From an uncultured bacterium (GTDB lineage: Bacteria > Patescibacteriota > Saccharimonadia > Saccharimonadales > 2-12-FULL-41-12): 64,000 bases of DNA. A program made the position numbers and the translations under genes. How positions within the stretch are numbered: the stretch's first letter is position 1; each line of letters begins with the position of its first letter. This document shows positions 54,480 to 63,448 of this stretch, piece after piece. The notes below the pieces were generated by a model. It was not told the origin of the DNA. It did not search any database and was given only the letters and a program-made list of their open reading frames with translations. The stretch covers positions 391,572-455,571 of the forward strand of contig CAWIAU010000001.1 of assembly GCA_963834265.1 (NCBI GenBank), read 5' to 3'.

Positions 54480-55181
54480 CTAAGACTGGCCGAATATACT
54501 GACTGAGCGGGCAATCAGGAGTGCTAAGGTGAAGATTGAGACGAGAGACTGGCCGGCCATCAGTAGTTTTGCCTGATGGGTCAGGGGATTTGCGCTGATA
54601 GTCGCGCCATTGAACGCATTAATTACCGATATGAACAGATAATCAACAAATTCAGGTTTCCATTCAGGAAATTCGCCTTTCATATCCTGCTGGATGAACT
54701 GAAAGTCCTTGTCATTCTTTGACCAACGCGTACGAGTAAGACCCGGACTATCAATTTCCCAATACCAAAGTGCAAAAACAATAATATTAGTTAAAAATAT
54801 AGCAATAGCCGAACTAAGCAACTCAATGCCACTGATCAGATCATGACCGAATATCAAAGAATTAACTGTATATATAAGCGAGGCTATATTGGCGGCAGAC
54901 ATCAAAGCAATTAGTGCAATTGCTCCTGTGTGATGCAAAGAACGTATGCGGGCCTTATGAATGTTGGCTGTAAAACCGATCAATAATGCTATTGCAACTT
55001 CAAACACGATAATCCATGTCAATATAAAGGCCAGCTGGTGGTTCATTTTCCAGACCATCAGCTGTAGACCAATAGCAAATAGTATTGCAATCTGGGCATG
55101 AACCAACTCCTTTTTGGGGATGGTACGTAACATGAGGCTTATTATATAGGACTTTCGCACTTTCCGGCACTCCCATTGCAC
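54480..55181 (-). CDS. DUF1345-like membrane protein
   Basis: WYWEIDSPGL...FVDYLFISVINAFNGATISANPLTHQAKLLMAGQSLVSIF resembles DUF1345. The true start may be ATG 55133 (MLRTIPKK), because 55143-55181 belongs to an inverted-repeat unit. Confidence 0.5.
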   Translation of the reverse strand: MQWECRKVRKSYIISLMLRTIPKKELVHAQIAILFAIGLQLMVWKMNHQLAFILTWIIVFEVAIALLIGFTANIHKARIRSLHHTGAIALIALMSAANIASLIYTVNSLIFGHDLISGIELLSSAIAIFLTNIIVFALWYWEIDSPGLTRTRWSKNDKDFQFIQQDMKGEFPEWKPEFVDYLFISVINAFNGATISANPLTHQAKLLMAGQSLVSIFTLALLIARSVSIFGQS

Positions 55182-55309
55182 ACCAGGCTGGGTGCAAACC
55201 CTCAGTCCACTCTCTGTGTAGCTATGGCTACCTATTATTTGGTCTGAAAGTTTTCACTCAGTCCGGAGCACTTTGGAATTTACCGCAAAGTGCGAAAGTC
55301 CTGTATATA
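55143..55309. repeat. ~167 nt unit bounded by 25/27-nt near-perfect inverted repeats in a divergent intergenic region
   Basis: TATATAGGACTTTCGCACTTTCCGG (55143-55167) versus the reverse complement of CCGCAAAGTGCGAAAGTCCTGTATATA (55283-55309). Internal hairpins TTGCAC/GTGCAA and GTAGC-TATG-GCTAC. CTCAGTCC occurs twice. Confidence 0.6.
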
Positions 55310-55359
55310 GTAATTTTCGTAAATACTACGGGAAAGAAGATGATAATATTAAGATACAA

Positions 55360-55980
55360 ATGAAAATCACCAAATACTATCAGAGTTGTTTAATGATTGA
55401 GGAGGGGAATGCGAGGATTATGATTGATCCCAGCGGACATGAATCGCAACGCATCAGTGAATTTGGTGCTCTGGATGCAGTGTTTTATACGCATGAGCAT
55501 GCAGATCACTTCGATGCAGCTCTGGCTGCACAGTTTCAGGAGCATGGGGTTATGATTTATGCCAATGAAAGTGTGGCCCGACAAATGGATATACCTCCGA
55601 TAATTGCCCGGGACGGGCAGGAACTTACTGTCAGGGATATCCATGTCAAAGTCCATGAATTACCGCATTGTCTGATGCCTGATGGCAATGAAGGGCCTCA
55701 AAATACCGGTTATCTGATCAATCAAAGGCTATTCCACCCTGGTGATGGCAAAGAGCAGGACGGGCTTGAAGCAGATATTCTGGCGCTACCAATTGCCGGG
55801 CCTGACATTTCGATGAAAGACGCTTACGCTTTTGCACGGCAGGTTGGTGCCAAAACCGCCATTGCTATCCACTGGCATACTTTCGGGGCAAATGTGGAGC
55901 TTTACAACAATTTTACGCGAGTATTCAACCAGCCATTTGAACTTAAAATACTGGATATCGGCGGAAGCATGGAGCTCTAA
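55360..55980 (+). CDS. MBL-fold metallo-hydrolase
   Basis: YTHEHADHFD (HxHxDH). ATG 55360 (MKITKYYQSCLMIEEG) is preferred over the TTG 55273 in the track. Confidence 0.75.
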   Translation: MKITKYYQSCLMIEEGNARIMIDPSGHESQRISEFGALDAVFYTHEHADHFDAALAAQFQEHGVMIYANESVARQMDIPPIIARDGQELTVRDIHVKVHELPHCLMPDGNEGPQNTGYLINQRLFHPGDGKEQDGLEADILALPIAGPDISMKDAYAFARQVGAKTAIAIHWHTFGANVELYNNFTRVFNQPFELKILDIGGSMEL

Positions 55981-56051
55981 AAAATCAACTGGACAATTTA
56001 CGAAGGCCGGAGCATACTAATTGTTATAAAGGTAATCTGGGAGGATTTCTG

Positions 56052-56471
56052 ATGGAAGTGCAAGTCAATCTGCTGGCAGTATTGCTGGCTATGGTTTCTA
56101 GTATGGTGGTTGGCATGATTTGGTATGCCAAGGGGGTTTTAGGTACGCAGTGGATGAAGATGGTTGGAATGACGGACAAAAAAGCTGAACAGGGATCCAC
56201 AAAAGCGATAGGTATTACGATTATAGTATCGCTTATCACTGCCTATGTTCTGGCGCATGTAACGTTCCTCGCGAATAGTTTTTTCAGAAATGACTTTCTA
56301 CAGGATGCATTGACTACAGCATTCTGGTTATGGCTGGGTTTCACGGCGGCAAGAATCATTACGCATGATGCTTTTGAACAGCGCCCGACCAAGCTGACTA
56401 TCATGACAGTTAGTCACGAATTCGTAACGATTATGGTAATGGGACTGGTCATTGGCCTCTTCGGTGTCTAA
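56052..56471 (+). CDS. DUF1761 family membrane protein
   Basis: VNLLAVLLAMVSSMVVGMIWYAKGVLGTQWMKMVG is typical of DUF1761. Four TM segments. Confidence 0.6.
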   Translation: MEVQVNLLAVLLAMVSSMVVGMIWYAKGVLGTQWMKMVGMTDKKAEQGSTKAIGITIIVSLITAYVLAHVTFLANSFFRNDFLQDALTTAFWLWLGFTAARIITHDAFEQRPTKLTIMTVSHEFVTIMVMGLVIGLFGV

Positions 56472-56573
56472 GGAGAGAACATACCCTGAACACTCCTCTA
56501 CGGTTCTCGCTTTTCATACCAAACTGCGCTATTCAGCGCAAGTTCTCTAACTTAATGATGATATGATATACCC

Positions 56574-56996
56574 ATGAAAAAGGCATTGGCGTATATCAAA
56601 AAGTACCCGTCCATTCTAATGGTGCTTGCTGTAGTAATCGGTACTACAGTGGGAGGCACGTTACTTAATAATACTATACGCTCCAAAGAAGTCGGAGTAT
56701 TGGGCGAATGTGGCCGGACATCTCAGGCTAATTCTCCCGAACTGCAGGATTGCGTGGCCAAAAAAACCGTCAGAGGCTTTCCGGTTAAAACCACAGTGAA
56801 TTACAAAATTACTCACAAACCAACCGATCAACCCGCTGTTAACGACACATTGAGAGTACGCTATTCTGAGACAAAGAACCCCTTATATGATGCCGCTAAC
56901 TATCTGATAGGCGGCTTAGTTACAATAGTAGCGGGCGCCATAGCACTGCAAGCATACGAAATAATAAAAAAACGTCGAACACAAAAAAACATTTAG
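56574..56996 (+). CDS. hypothetical membrane protein (N- and C-terminal TM)
   Basis: 140-aa ORF with two hydrophobic segments. Confidence 0.45.
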   Translation: MKKALAYIKKYPSILMVLAVVIGTTVGGTLLNNTIRSKEVGVLGECGRTSQANSPELQDCVAKKTVRGFPVKTTVNYKITHKPTDQPAVNDTLRVRYSETKNPLYDAANYLIGGLVTIVAGAIALQAYEIIKKRRTQKNI

Positions 56997-57012
56997 GAAT
57001 TATAAAAATAAA

Positions 57013-58542
57013 ATGGATCAGGCTTTAGCTTTGGAAATACTATTGAGCGGCGAGAATGTGCTGCTGACAGGTCCGGCCGGCTCTGGCAAAACTTATGTCC
57101 TGCGTGACTTTATTACGCAAGCAAAAAGAAACGGTAAGCACGTGGCTGTAACTGCCACAACCGGACTGGCAGCCACTCATCTGAACGGCTCGACCATACA
57201 TTCCTGGAGTGGCATCGGCATCCATGATCAATTATCGCCTGATTTTCATGAGAACCTGCATAAAGGCCGGCGGGACACCATTATCAAAGCTGATGTGCTG
57301 ATTATCGACGAAATATCAATGCTACATCATTACCGGCTGGATATGGTAGATCAGATTACCCGCAAGGTCAGGGGAAGTGATAAGCCTTTCGGTGGCCTGC
57401 AGGTTGTTCTGTGTGGTGACTTTTTCCAGTTGCCACCGGTTACACGTGGTGATCAGGAAAATGGGAAATTTGTAGTCAGTTCTGCCGTATGGGAAGAGTT
57501 TGATCCGGTAATTTGTTATCTGAACGAACAGCACCGTCAAAACGATGATATATTTCTGGAAATACTGAGTGCCCTGAGGGCTGATGACGTACGCCGGCAT
57601 CATGCAGAAGCCTTGCTGTCTCGCCAGGACAAGGAGGTAGGGGAAGCTACGGAACTGCACACAACCAATATAGATGTTGATACGATCAACGCCGCCAGGC
57701 TGGCCCTGTTGGACAGCGAAGAGCATACATATAGCATGACCACCACCGGCAAAGAGAGCTATGTAGAAGGCTTAATCCGTTCTTGTCTGGCAGTCCCGGA
57801 GCTGACACTGAAAAAAGGCGCACTGGTAATGTGCATCAAAAACAATCCGGAAAAAAAATATGTCAACGGGTCACTTGGAATTGTGACCGGCTTTGAAGAA
57901 GCAACAAATTATCCTAAAGTAGAGCTAAGAAGTGGCCGGAAGCTTGTTATAACTCCTGAGTCATGGGAACTTCGGGATGGTGATAAAAAGCGGGCATCAC
58001 TAAGTCAAATCCCACTCAGGCTGGCGTGGGCAATTACTGTGCACAAGAGTCAGGGAATGACTCTTGACGCCGCAACGGTTGATCTGCGAAGGGCATTTGT
58101 TGAGGGAATGGGCTATGTGGCACTCAGCCGTGTTCGAAGCCTCGACACACTGAGACTGAATGGTATCAATCAGATGGCTCTGCGGGTTAGTCCGCAGGCG
58201 CTGGAAATAGATCAGCAATTACTTAAGAAATCGATACTTGATAGCAAAAAATTCGAACATTTGCGCAAAAAAGCCAAAAAACGAGCCAAAGAAAAGATAG
58301 ATGAGAGACCAGCTACAGGCTGGAATGACAAAGTAGCCAAAATGCGCGAAACCTATCCCAATGCTTACCGGCCATGGAGTGAAACAGACGACTCAGTTCT
58401 TGTAAAGCTTTTTTCCGATGGAAAGTCGGTAACCATCAGGGAAATGACCGTAAAGTTCGGCCGTCACCCCGGGTCAATTCGTGCCCGCCTTAAAAAGCAC
58501 TTCGGAGAAGATGCAGTCTCCGACCTGACAAACCATAAATAA
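57013..58542 (+). CDS. PIF1/RecD-like superfamily 1 DNA helicase with a C-terminal HTH-like extension
   Basis: LLTGPAGSGKTYVL (Walker A), LIIDEISML, EQHRQ, and AITVHKSQGMTLD. ~110-aa basic C-terminal tail. Confidence 0.8.
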   Translation: MDQALALEILLSGENVLLTGPAGSGKTYVLRDFITQAKRNGKHVAVTATTGLAATHLNGSTIHSWSGIGIHDQLSPDFHENLHKGRRDTIIKADVLIIDEISMLHHYRLDMVDQITRKVRGSDKPFGGLQVVLCGDFFQLPPVTRGDQENGKFVVSSAVWEEFDPVICYLNEQHRQNDDIFLEILSALRADDVRRHHAEALLSRQDKEVGEATELHTTNIDVDTINAARLALLDSEEHTYSMTTTGKESYVEGLIRSCLAVPELTLKKGALVMCIKNNPEKKYVNGSLGIVTGFEEATNYPKVELRSGRKLVITPESWELRDGDKKRASLSQIPLRLAWAITVHKSQGMTLDAATVDLRRAFVEGMGYVALSRVRSLDTLRLNGINQMALRVSPQALEIDQQLLKKSILDSKKFEHLRKKAKKRAKEKIDERPATGWNDKVAKMRETYPNAYRPWSETDDSVLVKLFSDGKSVTIREMTVKFGRHPGSIRARLKKHFGEDAVSDLTNHK

Positions 58543-58611
58543 TACTTCATCAGAATGAGTAAAACAGAGAGATTTGTAATTTTATTAATTTTGTGATACA
58601 ATTTAATTATT

Positions 58612-59085
58612 ATGACTAGAGCAGAACGCACCTCCATTGTCGAAGATTCTCCAGATCTATCACGTATTGCCGTATTACCCGTTACTCCACTGACGGGGGC
58701 AAACTTGGAGCTAACTCAAGCTTTTTTTAAAGCAGCGATAGGAGCAGGTGCGAAAGCTATATTATTGATAGGCTATGCTACCGGCACTACTCCCGGTGCA
58801 ATTAACCCATTAGTAAAAGATACCGTAGAATCGGGCATACCAATATTTGTACTGTCGAACAATAAGGGAGATGATAAAGGCCCTCAAAGAATAACGTATG
58901 GTTCTCAGCAAGATGCAGTCGATGCCGGAATAACGCCGCTTAGAGATGTAAATATAAACCATATCGAAGAAGTTATGGCCACTATAGATGGAATGATTGC
59001 CGACGATGTAGCCGGAGCAGAATTAGCTCAGGCAGTAGTCGATGTATACGGAACTTCGGGACGGGACCTACCCTCACCTTCATAG
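58612..59085 (+). CDS. stand-alone asparaginase/glutaminase C-terminal-domain-like protein
   Basis: GAGAKAILLIGYATGTTPGAINPLVKDTVESGIPIFVLSNN...ITYGSQQDAVDAGITPLRD follows the asparaginase C-domain pattern. The catalytic N-domain is absent. Confidence 0.4.
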   Translation: MTRAERTSIVEDSPDLSRIAVLPVTPLTGANLELTQAFFKAAIGAGAKAILLIGYATGTTPGAINPLVKDTVESGIPIFVLSNNKGDDKGPQRITYGSQQDAVDAGITPLRDVNINHIEEVMATIDGMIADDVAGAELAQAVVDVYGTSGRDLPSPS

Positions 59086-59102
59086 AGATCTGTTTCTAAA
59101 AA

Positions 59103-59370
59103 ATTCAAAATTATCGAAGTAATTTCTCCATGGATTTTTTCTGGCCTTAAAAGTTCCTGATGAGCGAATGGCAAAAGTACAATTAAAGTCGAGGTATGTT
59201 TGAGACTTATTTTCATCTAAAATAATTAAGATAAGTTGAGTTACCCGAGCATTGTGCTCTTTGACAATGAGATTATAAAGAACTTTTAGAGCCTGTTGCT
59301 TCTTTGTCTGCTTTCTGGTCAACACAAGAAAGTAGGTTGAGGTGACTCGAAGAGTCAGCTTGAAATGGAT
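59103..59370 (+). repeat. structured intergenic element, copy 6 (closest to copy 3)
   Basis: ATTCAAAATTATCGAAGTAATTTCTCCATGGATTTT; TCTGG/CCTGA; long stem GCAAAAGTACAAT/ATTGTGCTCTTTGA; apical hairpin ACTTAT/ATAAGT; CTGCTTTCT/AGAAAGTAGG; GACTC/GAGTC; TTGAAATG. Confidence 0.85.
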
Positions 59371-59409
59371 TAATATCGAGTGTTTTTGGAAGAATGTTAT
59401 GATTAAGCT

Positions 59410-60033
59410 ATGAAGCAGGCTAAAAGGCCAACAGACCTCAATAAACCCGTAGTTTATGCCTTTATCGACAGTCAGAACCTTAATGTAGGAGTACAAAAAT
59501 TTGGCTGGAAGATGAACTGGGTCAAACTCCGTCAACTTTTGGCCGACAAATACGGAGTGAGCAAAGCTTATATGTTCATTGGGTACGTACCGGAATTCGA
59601 AAAAATGTACGAGCAAATGCACGAGGCTGGTTACGCGGTAGTGCTTAAACCTACGTACGATATGAGCAAGCCGCTGCCAGAAGCCCAGCCGGAGCCCAAA
59701 GAAGGGGGGAAAGCAACTGAACCAGAAGAAAAAAAACCAGTTAAAGGTAATATAGATGCCGAATTAGTGTTGTGGGCTATGAAAGAATTGCCAAATTACG
59801 ACAAAGCTATTATCGTATCCGGTGATGGCGACTTCCTGTGTTTGATCGAATATCTGGATGAACAGGGAAAATTGCTCAAGCTACTCGCTCCAAACCAACA
59901 ATATTCCCGACTCTATAACAGCTATGAGCAATATGTCGAGCGAATCGACAAATACCGGAGCGAACTGGCTTATCGCCACGGCAAAAAACTTGCAAAACCG
60001 TCCAAAAACAGCCAGGGACAACAAAAAACGTGA
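59410..60033 (+). CDS. NYN-domain (LabA-like) putative ribonuclease
   Basis: YAFIDSQNLNVGVQKFGWKMNW...AIIVSGDGDFLCLIEYL gives the NYN acidic residues. Lys/Glu-rich insert. Confidence 0.7.
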   Translation: MKQAKRPTDLNKPVVYAFIDSQNLNVGVQKFGWKMNWVKLRQLLADKYGVSKAYMFIGYVPEFEKMYEQMHEAGYAVVLKPTYDMSKPLPEAQPEPKEGGKATEPEEKKPVKGNIDAELVLWAMKELPNYDKAIIVSGDGDFLCLIEYLDEQGKLLKLLAPNQQYSRLYNSYEQYVERIDKYRSELAYRHGKKLAKPSKNSQGQQKT

Positions 60034-61298
60034 AAGAAGAGAAAAATACTGATATTTTCCCAAAACATTTTTTCTGGGGAGCTTCTACCTCTGCGCATCA
60101 GGTAGAAGGAGGCAATGATAACCAGTGGACAGTCTGGGAACTGGAGCATGCCAAGGAACTGGCTCAAACAGCTCATATACGACTCAACTGGCTGCCTCAT
60201 TGGGAATCGATCAAGGAACAAGCCGAAGAACCCGATAATTATGTATCGGGAAGGGGAGTAGACCACTATAACCGCTACATGGAAGATTTTGACTTCCTCG
60301 ATGAACTGGGAATGAACTCCTTTCGATTCGGGATAGAGTGGTCACGAATAGAGCCGGAGGAAGGGCAGTGGAACGAGGAAGCGATTGCTCACTATCGCCA
60401 ATATATTGTAGAGCTGCGAAAGCGTAAAATTGAGCCCTTTTTGACACTCTGGCACTGGACCATGCCGAATTGGTTTGTGGCCAAAGGCGCCTTTGAGAAG
60501 CATGCGAATCTGGTTTACTTTGACCGTTTTATTCAAAAAGTCTCAGAAGAATTCGTGGATGAAGTTGAGTATGTCCTGACACTGAACGAGCCGAACGTCT
60601 ATGCCAGCTTCGGCTATGTTCTGGCCGAGCATCCGCCCGCAGTTAAAAAACCTTTGCTAGGACTGAAAGTTTACTGGAACCTCACTCGGGCGCACCGCAG
60701 AGCATACCGGATCCTCAAGGCCAAAAAGCCGAGTTTACAGATAGGGATTGCCAACCAGCTAGCTAATATTCAACCTAAGCGGGCGCACAATCTGATCGAT
60801 ATCGCAACGACTGAGCTGATGCGGTACTTTTGGAACTGGTGGTTTATGTACCGGATTCGGAATTATCAGGACTTTGTTGGAATAAATTATTATTTTGCTG
60901 ATTATTACAAAGGGTTTGGACACAAACAGAACCCGACAGTACCCCTGAGCGATTTGGGATGGTACATGGAGCCCGAAGGAGTATATCCGTTAATTCTCAG
61001 GGCGTGGTCACATTTTAAAAAACCGATTTTTATAACCGAGGGGGGGCTTGCGGACGCCAAAGACGAACATCGTAGATGGTGGATAGAAGAGACTACAGTA
61101 GCTATGGAGCGGGCGCTCAGTGAGGGCGTCGATCTGCGTGGCTACTTCCAGTGGAGTCTGCTGGATAACTTCGAGTGGTCATTCGGCTGGTGGCCGAAAT
61201 TTGGCCTCGTAAACGTAGACCGCAAACACGGCATGAAACGCACTATCCGTCCGAGTGCGCGATGGTTCGCCAAATGGCTGGAAAACGCCCGAAAATAA
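60030..61298 (+). CDS. glycoside hydrolase family 1 (beta-glucosidase-like)
   Basis: FFWGASTSAHQVEGG, TLNEPN (acid/base Glu), ITEGG (nucleophile Glu) and WSLLDNFEW. GTG start overlapping the NYN stop. Confidence 0.85.
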   Translation: MKEEKNTDIFPKHFFWGASTSAHQVEGGNDNQWTVWELEHAKELAQTAHIRLNWLPHWESIKEQAEEPDNYVSGRGVDHYNRYMEDFDFLDELGMNSFRFGIEWSRIEPEEGQWNEEAIAHYRQYIVELRKRKIEPFLTLWHWTMPNWFVAKGAFEKHANLVYFDRFIQKVSEEFVDEVEYVLTLNEPNVYASFGYVLAEHPPAVKKPLLGLKVYWNLTRAHRRAYRILKAKKPSLQIGIANQLANIQPKRAHNLIDIATTELMRYFWNWWFMYRIRNYQDFVGINYYFADYYKGFGHKQNPTVPLSDLGWYMEPEGVYPLILRAWSHFKKPIFITEGGLADAKDEHRRWWIEETTVAMERALSEGVDLRGYFQWSLLDNFEWSFGWWPKFGLVNVDRKHGMKRTIRPSARWFAKWLENARK

Positions 61299-61305
61299 AA
61301 GTTAT

Positions 61306-62136
61306 TCAGGCAACTTTCAGAGAGTTAGTATGTAGTTCGTCCCCATGTCGGGCTCGGAATAATTGAGCCGCAATCGCACAACTTCGGGCCAATGCTTCAG
61401 GTGTAACCCCTCTGGATAGATCGTGCATATCCTTTTTTATACCATCCAGCATGGGTCCAATTGCAACATATCCTGCCAGCTGTTCCATTAATTTGTAAGC
61501 AATATTTCCGCTTTGACCATCGGGGAATATAAATACATTCGGCATTTTACCGTCAATCAACTCAACGGTTCCTTTTGCTTTCTTCTCAAATATTCTTGGA
61601 TTAAGTGCGGCATCGACCTGAATCTCACCGTAAGCAATGATATCCGGATTTTTTGCTTTGAATTTTTCGACAGCCTGCTGAACTTCCTGTACGCCGCCCA
61701 GGTGCTCGGCACTCCCAAAAGAAGAAAGAGACAAGAAAGCTACCACCGGTTCATAGCCAAGGTGTTTTACGTTCTCGCAGGTTTGTTCAGCAATTTTTAC
61801 AAGCTCATTTGGTTTAGGCTTATCATGTACTGCGCAATCAGCAAAAAATAATGGTTCTTCACCGTCTTTTTCCATAACGAAGAATGAAGATATAAACTTA
61901 TCGGGTGCTCCGACATGATGTATTGCGGTCCTTAACATAGTTGGCGTATCGTGTGCTGCGCCTGCGATAATAATATCAACCTCACCACTATTCAAAAGTG
62001 CCGCTGCCTGCTCGAGTTCCATTTGCTCAAATCTGAGAGTTGCCCCTAAGTCATGCTGGCTGCTAACTGACTCAAAAGCTGCTACAGATGGATCCTGAGG
62101 TTCAGGTAATAGTATTGTAGGACGATATTCCGACAT
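61306..62136 (-). CDS. pta: phosphate acetyl/butyryl-transferase (PTA_PTB family)
   Basis: IIAGAAHDTPTMLRTAI, FFADCAVHDKP, VAFLSLSSFGS, GEIQVDAAL, FIFPDGQSGNIAYKLMEQLAG, IGPMLDG...DLSRG. Confidence 0.75.
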   Translation of the reverse strand: MSEYRPTILLPEPQDPSVAAFESVSSQHDLGATLRFEQMELEQAAALLNSGEVDIIIAGAAHDTPTMLRTAIHHVGAPDKFISSFFVMEKDGEEPLFFADCAVHDKPKPNELVKIAEQTCENVKHLGYEPVVAFLSLSSFGSAEHLGGVQEVQQAVEKFKAKNPDIIAYGEIQVDAALNPRIFEKKAKGTVELIDGKMPNVFIFPDGQSGNIAYKLMEQLAGYVAIGPMLDGIKKDMHDLSRGVTPEALARSCAIAAQLFRARHGDELHTNSLKVA

Positions 62137-62235
62137 GAGATTAAGAGTTATTGTACCATTTATAAATCCGGACGACTATTCAGATAAATTAATGAAAGTA
62201 GGAGGCTGTATTTAGTTGCTATATAATAAGCAGTT

Positions 62236-63435
62236 ATGCAAACTGTACAAGCGTTAACATTTGATTTACAGGAAGACGGGTGGGATACATCTACTGGTTT
62301 TGTGAAGCGCGATGTTTCTATGCCCATATTAGATGAAGAAAAAAATTCTGAAGATGCAATTTCTGTAATCGTGAAGGTGCTTTACGCGGGCGTGTGCGGA
62401 TCTGACCGTGGGCTGTGGTATCGATCGGCATTTAAAGATATGGTGCATAGCTCACTCGAAAAAGAGGGCAAAAGCATGCGTATCAACGGCCATGAATTTA
62501 TGGGTGAGATTGTGGAAGCCGGTTCAGCCGTAAAAGCACTCTATTATGACGAGGATCCTAGCAATCCGGCTAAAATCGAAACGGGTAGTCTGGTGTCTGG
62601 TGATTCGCATGTGACGTGCGGAAAATGTTACCAATGCCGGATAGGGGAATCGCATGTATGTTTAAACGAATCCATCCTGGGTATTTCAATCGATGGTATC
62701 TTCGCTCAATATGTCAAACTACCGGCTAAAAACCTCTGGGCGATCGGCCCAGATCGCATTCGTCCTGAGATTGCGGCTATTCTGGACCCGTTTGGCAACG
62801 CAGTGCATACGGCTACGAGAGTTGATATGCGCGGCCAGCGTGTAGCAATATTCGGCTGCGGTCCCATCGGGCTATTTTCTGTTTTGCTGGCTAAACATTT
62901 CGGAGCAGCCAAAGTCATAGCTGTTGACATTAGTGCTGATAATCTGGCTATGGCCAAAGAGCTGGGTGCCCACGAGACAATACAGATTGACCAAAAAGAA
63001 AGTACCAATGACTACGAAACTGACCCGGAGGTAGTATCACGCATTATGGAGCTGACATATGGCAAGGGGGTAGACATTTCGATGGAAATGGCCGGGCCAT
63101 TTTCGTCGGTCAATAACTCCATTGACAGCACACGCCGCGGCGGCCATGTCATGCTATTCGGGATCAAAGACGGCGACCTGACTATTCCGGGCTTTTCACG
63201 ATGCGTCGTCAAAGGACTGACCCTGCATGGCATCATTGGTCGGCGTATATTTGAAACGTGGCAGATCTCCCAGCGGGTCCTGTTCGATCGCAGCAATGGC
63301 GTCCAGGACAAAATATGGGACATAATCCTAAAAAAAGGCGAGGGAACTATCATGCCATTCAGTCAGTTCGACCCAGCCGTATTTGAGCAAGCCATGAAGG
63401 ACCATCCCAAAATCATCTTTAGCGTCCAGGAATAA
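62236..63435 (+). CDS. tdh: L-threonine 3-dehydrogenase-like zinc alcohol dehydrogenase
   Basis: GVCGSDRGLW, GHEFMGEIVEAG, structural-zinc Cys cluster CGKCYQCRIGESHVC, and Rossmann motif FGCGPIG. Directly upstream of kbl. Confidence 0.75.
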   Translation: MQTVQALTFDLQEDGWDTSTGFVKRDVSMPILDEEKNSEDAISVIVKVLYAGVCGSDRGLWYRSAFKDMVHSSLEKEGKSMRINGHEFMGEIVEAGSAVKALYYDEDPSNPAKIETGSLVSGDSHVTCGKCYQCRIGESHVCLNESILGISIDGIFAQYVKLPAKNLWAIGPDRIRPEIAAILDPFGNAVHTATRVDMRGQRVAIFGCGPIGLFSVLLAKHFGAAKVIAVDISADNLAMAKELGAHETIQIDQKESTNDYETDPEVVSRIMELTYGKGVDISMEMAGPFSSVNNSIDSTRRGGHVMLFGIKDGDLTIPGFSRCVVKGLTLHGIIGRRIFETWQISQRVLFDRSNGVQDKIWDIILKKGEGTIMPFSQFDPAVFEQAMKDHPKIIFSVQE

Positions 63436-63448
63436 TAAAGGAGATTAT

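Noticed and set aside
55294-55301. GAAAGTCC, which resembles the RNase P RNA CR-I signature.
   Set aside because: It is simply part of the right inverted-repeat arm; its complement GGACTTTC is in the left arm. The region is far too short (~170 nt) and lacks the other RNase P conserved regions.
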